Shown here in pieces: positions 26,043-29,359 of a stretch of 29,359 bases of DNA. The DNA comes from an uncultured Dehalococcoidia bacterium. GTDB lineage: Bacteria; Chloroflexota; Dehalococcoidia; Lucifugimonadales; UBA3495. The stretch lies in the NCBI GenBank assembly GCA_950072105.1, contig CATMOE010000046.1, forward strand, positions 1-29,359. Reading direction: 5' to 3'. The notes under the pieces were generated by a model that made no database searches, had not been told where the DNA came from, and was given only the letters and a program-made list of their open reading frames with translations. The translations under genes were made by a program, and so were the position numbers. Each line of letters starts with the position of its first letter. Position 1 is the stretch's first letter.

Positions 26043-26471
26043 ATGACCGAAAACAGGCGGCAGATCCTGAACATGTTATCCGAGGGAAAGATAAGCGTGG
26101 CCGAGGCTGAGCGTTTGTTAACTCTACTGGAACAGCCACCTTCCGGTAGACCCAGCGGGAGCGGCGCCGGAGAGGGCGGTAAAACCCCACCCAAGTACCT
26201 GCGCGTAGTGGTCGAGGAAGATGGCGAGTCAGGCAGTGAACGGGTAAATATCCGTATTCCCATGGCTCTGATCCGGTCTGGGGTCAAACTTGCGGCCCTC
26301 ATTCCAAGAGAGGCTACCAACCGGGTGAATGAGAAGTTGCAGGAGAAGGGCATCGGCATCGACGTGGGCAACCTGAAAGTCGAAGACCTAGAGCAGCTGG
26401 TCGATGCCATGGCGGAGATGGAGGTGGACGCGCAAGACGGCAAGAAGCACGTTCGTATCTTCATGGAGTGA
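26043..26471 (+). CDS. SHOCT-like (YvlB N-terminus-like) domain protein of the DUF2089 operon
   Basis: ENRRQILNMLSEGKISVAEAERLL, PKYLRVVV, VNIRIPMAL; GGAGG RBS. Confidence 0.85.
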   Translation: MTENRRQILNMLSEGKISVAEAERLLTLLEQPPSGRPSGSGAGEGGKTPPKYLRVVVEEDGESGSERVNIRIPMALIRSGVKLAALIPREATNRVNEKLQEKGIGIDVGNLKVEDLEQLVDAMAEMEVDAQDGKKHVRIFME

Positions 26472-26618
26472 CCCGCTCATCGGAGATCCCTTAACGCCGG
26501 CGCCACTTAGCCTGTCTCATCTACTGGCCTTCCAAGTTGAATAATAACCGCCGGGTGCTACAATCTTTTAGGGCTACCGAGGGCGGTTCAGCCCGATAGG
26601 CTCCAAAGAGGTAGCGTT

Positions 26619-27569
26619 ATGGTGACACTTGGTACTGCTGAATACACCTATGAAGTAGCTGAAGGCTGGGGAAAGCTGCCTGACGGCTGGTCATTTAAAG
26701 AAGCCGCCGCCGTGGGAGTGGATTCAAAAGACAACGTTTACGTGTTCAACCGGGGCGAACACCCGGTGATTGTCTTCGACAGGGAGGGGAACTTCCTCCG
26801 CTCCTGGGGCGAAGGCGTTTACCCCAGAGCCCACGGCGTGACCATGGGGCCCGATGACACGATCTATCTGACCGACGACGGCGACCACACCATGCGCCAT
26901 TGCACCCTGGATGGAAAAGTGCTCATGACATTGGGCATCAGCGGCAAGCCGGCCCTCTTCATGAGCGGCAACCCCTTCAATCGCTGCACCCACCTGGCCA
27001 TAGACCCCGCCAACGGGGACTTTTACATCTCCGACGGCTACGGCAACGCCCGGGTGCACAAGTACTCTCCCGACGGTAAGCTCCTGTTCTCTTGGGGTGA
27101 GTCCGGGACCGGCCCCGGCCAGTTCAACATTGCCCACAACATCGCCACCGACAAGGACGGTTGGGTTTACGTGGCCGACCGGGAGAACCAGAGAATACAA
27201 GTCTTCGACCGCAACGGCAAGTTCGAAACCCAATGGATCAACATGGCCAAACCTTGCGGCCTTTACATCGATAAATCGGGCGACCAGCGGGTCTACGTGG
27301 GAGAGTTGGGCGTGGCCATCGGGCCTAACAGCCAGGCCTACGGGCTTGGACCCCGAGTCACGATCATGGATATCAAGGGCAATGTACTGGCCAAACTGGG
27401 CGACGGGCCGGAAGGCATCGAACCGGGCCAGTTCACCGCTCCCCACGGAGTTTCCGTCGACTCCCATGGCGACATTTACGTGGGGGAGGTCGCCTGGACC
27501 CACTCAAGGAGATACGCCAATCCGCCGGACGAGATCCGTTCGCTGCAAAAGCTGGTCCGCAAAGGCTAA
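26619..27569 (+). CDS. NHL-repeat beta-propeller of the peptidyl-alpha-hydroxyglycine alpha-amidating lyase (PAL)-like family
   Basis: NHL repeats with AHG, SDGYGN, AHNI, ADRENQRIQVF, PHG. Confidence 0.88.
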   Translation: MVTLGTAEYTYEVAEGWGKLPDGWSFKEAAAVGVDSKDNVYVFNRGEHPVIVFDREGNFLRSWGEGVYPRAHGVTMGPDDTIYLTDDGDHTMRHCTLDGKVLMTLGISGKPALFMSGNPFNRCTHLAIDPANGDFYISDGYGNARVHKYSPDGKLLFSWGESGTGPGQFNIAHNIATDKDGWVYVADRENQRIQVFDRNGKFETQWINMAKPCGLYIDKSGDQRVYVGELGVAIGPNSQAYGLGPRVTIMDIKGNVLAKLGDGPEGIEPGQFTAPHGVSVDSHGDIYVGEVAWTHSRRYANPPDEIRSLQKLVRKG

Positions 27570-27624
27570 ACAACAACAGCCGGGCCGATTTACCCATGAG
27601 CAAGCCGCCGATCGCACGGCGATC

Positions 27625-27659
27625 AAGTCCCCCTTATTAAAGGGGATCTAGCGGGATTT
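27625..27659. repeat. REP-like palindrome family A, diverged inverted copy
   Basis: Reverse complement AAATCCCGCTAGATCCCCTTTAATAAGGGGGACTT aligns with the 3702 and 8076 copies. Confidence 0.65.
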
Positions 27660-27755
27660 CTTCATCCGCAGGAATCTCGATCCAGAGTCAAAGAAATTTC
27701 AGGGGTTCATTCATTTGCGGCCGCCCAATCTCACCACCACTGTGGAGACCTAACC

Positions 27756-28631
27756 GTGGCGCAAGACGTCATCGCCATAATCTGCGATTGCGACGGCACG
27801 CTCTGCCCGGACACCACCAACCAGCTTGTGTCCGCCCTAGGAATCAACACCGAAGAGTTCTGGAACCGGGACGTGGACGCACTGGTTGGTGATGGTTGGG
27901 ATCACACTCTCGCCTACTTGAACAAGTTGTTGGACGTTACCCGTGACCGGCTCATCGACCCCTTAAGCAGATCCAAGATGGAAGACGTGGGCCAACAGGT
28001 GGAGTTTTATCCGGGAGCCTTGGATTTCGTTCGCCGGCTCCAGGATAGGCTCAGCGACAACTCCGAGTACCGGGAAGCCGGGATCTCCATCGAGTGGTAC
28101 ATCCTCAGTAGCGGTATCGAAGACATTCTGAGGGCTACACAGTTGGGTCGAATAGCAACCGACATCTTTGGCTGCGCCTTCGACTACGAACCCACCGGCC
28201 GGGCCACAACCGTCAAACGCTCCGTCACTTTCACCGAGAAGACCAAGTTCGCACACGCCATCAGCAAGGGCATATCCGGCGAAGAATTGCGGCGAAGGCC
28301 CTACCGGGTCAATGACGCTATGAAAGAGGAGGACAAGAGAGTCCCCTTCCAAAACATGGTTTACATCGGCGACGGTCCCAGCGACATTCCATGCTTCTCC
28401 ATGATTAAAGCCCTAGCCGGCCACGCCATCGGCGTGTGGCCTCCGGAGGACTCGGAGCTGAAGAAGTCCTTCGAGTTGGCCCAAGGAGACCGCCTAACCG
28501 TGGGCCCCTACAAGGCCGACTACCTAGAGGGAAGCGACCTGTTCCGTATGCTTTGGCGCATCGTGGAAGGTATCGCAGATTCCATGCTGGAGAAAAGGCA
28601 TCAGCAGTTCAGGTCCGCGCCAAGCCACTGA
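27756..28631 (+). CDS. HAD superfamily hydrolase
   Basis: Motif I DCDGT, motif II ILSSG, TEKTK, motif IV YIGDGPSDIPC. Confidence 0.88.
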   Translation: MAQDVIAIICDCDGTLCPDTTNQLVSALGINTEEFWNRDVDALVGDGWDHTLAYLNKLLDVTRDRLIDPLSRSKMEDVGQQVEFYPGALDFVRRLQDRLSDNSEYREAGISIEWYILSSGIEDILRATQLGRIATDIFGCAFDYEPTGRATTVKRSVTFTEKTKFAHAISKGISGEELRRRPYRVNDAMKEEDKRVPFQNMVYIGDGPSDIPCFSMIKALAGHAIGVWPPEDSELKKSFELAQGDRLTVGPYKADYLEGSDLFRMLWRIVEGIADSMLEKRHQQFRSAPSH

Positions 28632-28641
28632 CACCGGCTAT

Positions 28642-28722
28642 TTCACCGCGGAGGCCGCAGAGTGCGCGGAGAGATTGACATTATAGTGTCGAACCTTTGC
28701 ATTCTCAGCGTGCTCCGCGGTT
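28642..28722. repeat. REP-like inverted pair (family C)
   Basis: TTCACCGCGGAGGCCGCAGAGTGCGCGGAGA ... TCTCAGCGTGCTCCGCGGTT. Confidence 0.65.
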
Positions 28723-28756
28723 AGTATTTTTAGCGAACTCATATAGAGGATAGTAC

Positions 28757-29359
28757 ATGGAAATTAGACTGGGCAGCCAGGTGAGAGACGCCAAAGAAGC
28801 TGAGGGCACGGCGATCATAATCGACGTTTTCCGGGCCTTCACCACGGCGGCCATCGCCTTCAATCACGGTGTCCGGGAGATAACCCTGGTTGCCGATGCG
28901 GAAGATGCCCTGGCCCTGCACCGGCGGGGTGTGGGCGACTTCCTGATGGGAGAAGTGGCCGGCAAACGCCCCGATGGGTTCGACTTCGGGAACTCTCCCT
29001 ACGAGATCTCCCAGGCCGACCTGGACGGCAAAACCCTGGTCCAGTCCACCCGGGCGGGCACCGTGGGCGTAGCCGCGGCCACTAAGGCCGACACTATCTA
29101 CCTGGGATCATTAGTGGTAGCCCAAGGAACCGTCGACGCCATTTTGAAGGACAACCCCAGCGTGGTATCCATCATCGCAATGGGCGACCAGGGAGTAGTC
29201 CGTTCCGACGAGGACGAACACTGCGGCATCTACCTACGAAACCTATTGGAAGGCCGTCACCCTGACCCCGCCGCCCTGCAAAGCCTGATTATGCAAGGCG
29301 GCGCCACCCAAAAATTCTTCGACGACAGCCAGCCTCAATTCCATCCCAAAGACGTAGAA
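28757..29359 (+). CDS. comB: 2-phosphosulfolactate phosphatase family protein, truncated by the window edge
   Basis: Manual translation: MEIRLG...IIIDVFRAFTT...GE..G...GFDFGNSP...QSTRAGT...EDEHC. Open to the window end; absent from the ORF track. Confidence 0.88.
   Translation, partial: MEIRLGSQVRDAKEAEGTAIIIDVFRAFTTAAIAFNHGVREITLVADAEDALALHRRGVGDFLMGEVAGKRPDGFDFGNSPYEISQADLDGKTLVQSTRAGTVGVAAATKADTIYLGSLVVAQGTVDAILKDNPSVVSIIAMGDQGVVRSDEDEHCGIYLRNLLEGRHPDPAALQSLIMQGGATQKFFDDSQPQFHPKDVE

Noticed and set aside
425..28921. Numerous antisense or overlapping ORFs in the track (e.g. 2532-3170, 7369-8034, 13107-13709, 20540-21337, 26724-27503)
   Set aside because: Shadow ORFs of well-supported genes in GC-rich DNA, with no recognisable domains.

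Overview
Chromosomal window from a bacterium, most likely Chloroflexota (Dehalococcoidia/SAR202-like). That assignment is inferred from gene content and the conserved hypothetical gene at 11978-12643, not from a marker search. The left ~12 kb is accessory catabolism: the end of an amidohydrolase, DUF3500, a cobalt-type nitrile hydratase alpha-beta-activator operon behind a long structured leader, a CitE-like lyase, a Gfo/Idh/MocA oxidoreductase, a double-MaoC protein, a Cys-nucleophile alpha/beta-hydrolase, a cysteine desulfurase, a degenerate MBL-fold lipoprotein and an HpcH aldolase. The rest is mostly housekeeping or conserved genes: an orphan GAF histidine kinase, rpsU, a metB-like gene, dtd, nadC/nadA without nadB, miaB, tRNA-Ser(GCT), Lrp, ferredoxin, chdC/hemQ, a DUF2089 operon, a PAL-like NHL protein, a HAD protein and a partial comB-like gene. 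Intergenic regions carry at least five families of short REP-like palindromes or heptamer repeats. No transposase, integrase, CRISPR array or rRNA was seen. The most notable items are the amidase-less nitrile hydratase cluster (shortened beta-subunit pocket, candidate cis-regulatory RNA), an in-frame TGA at codon 3 of a translationally coupled membrane gene, and several enzymes with rewired active-site motifs.
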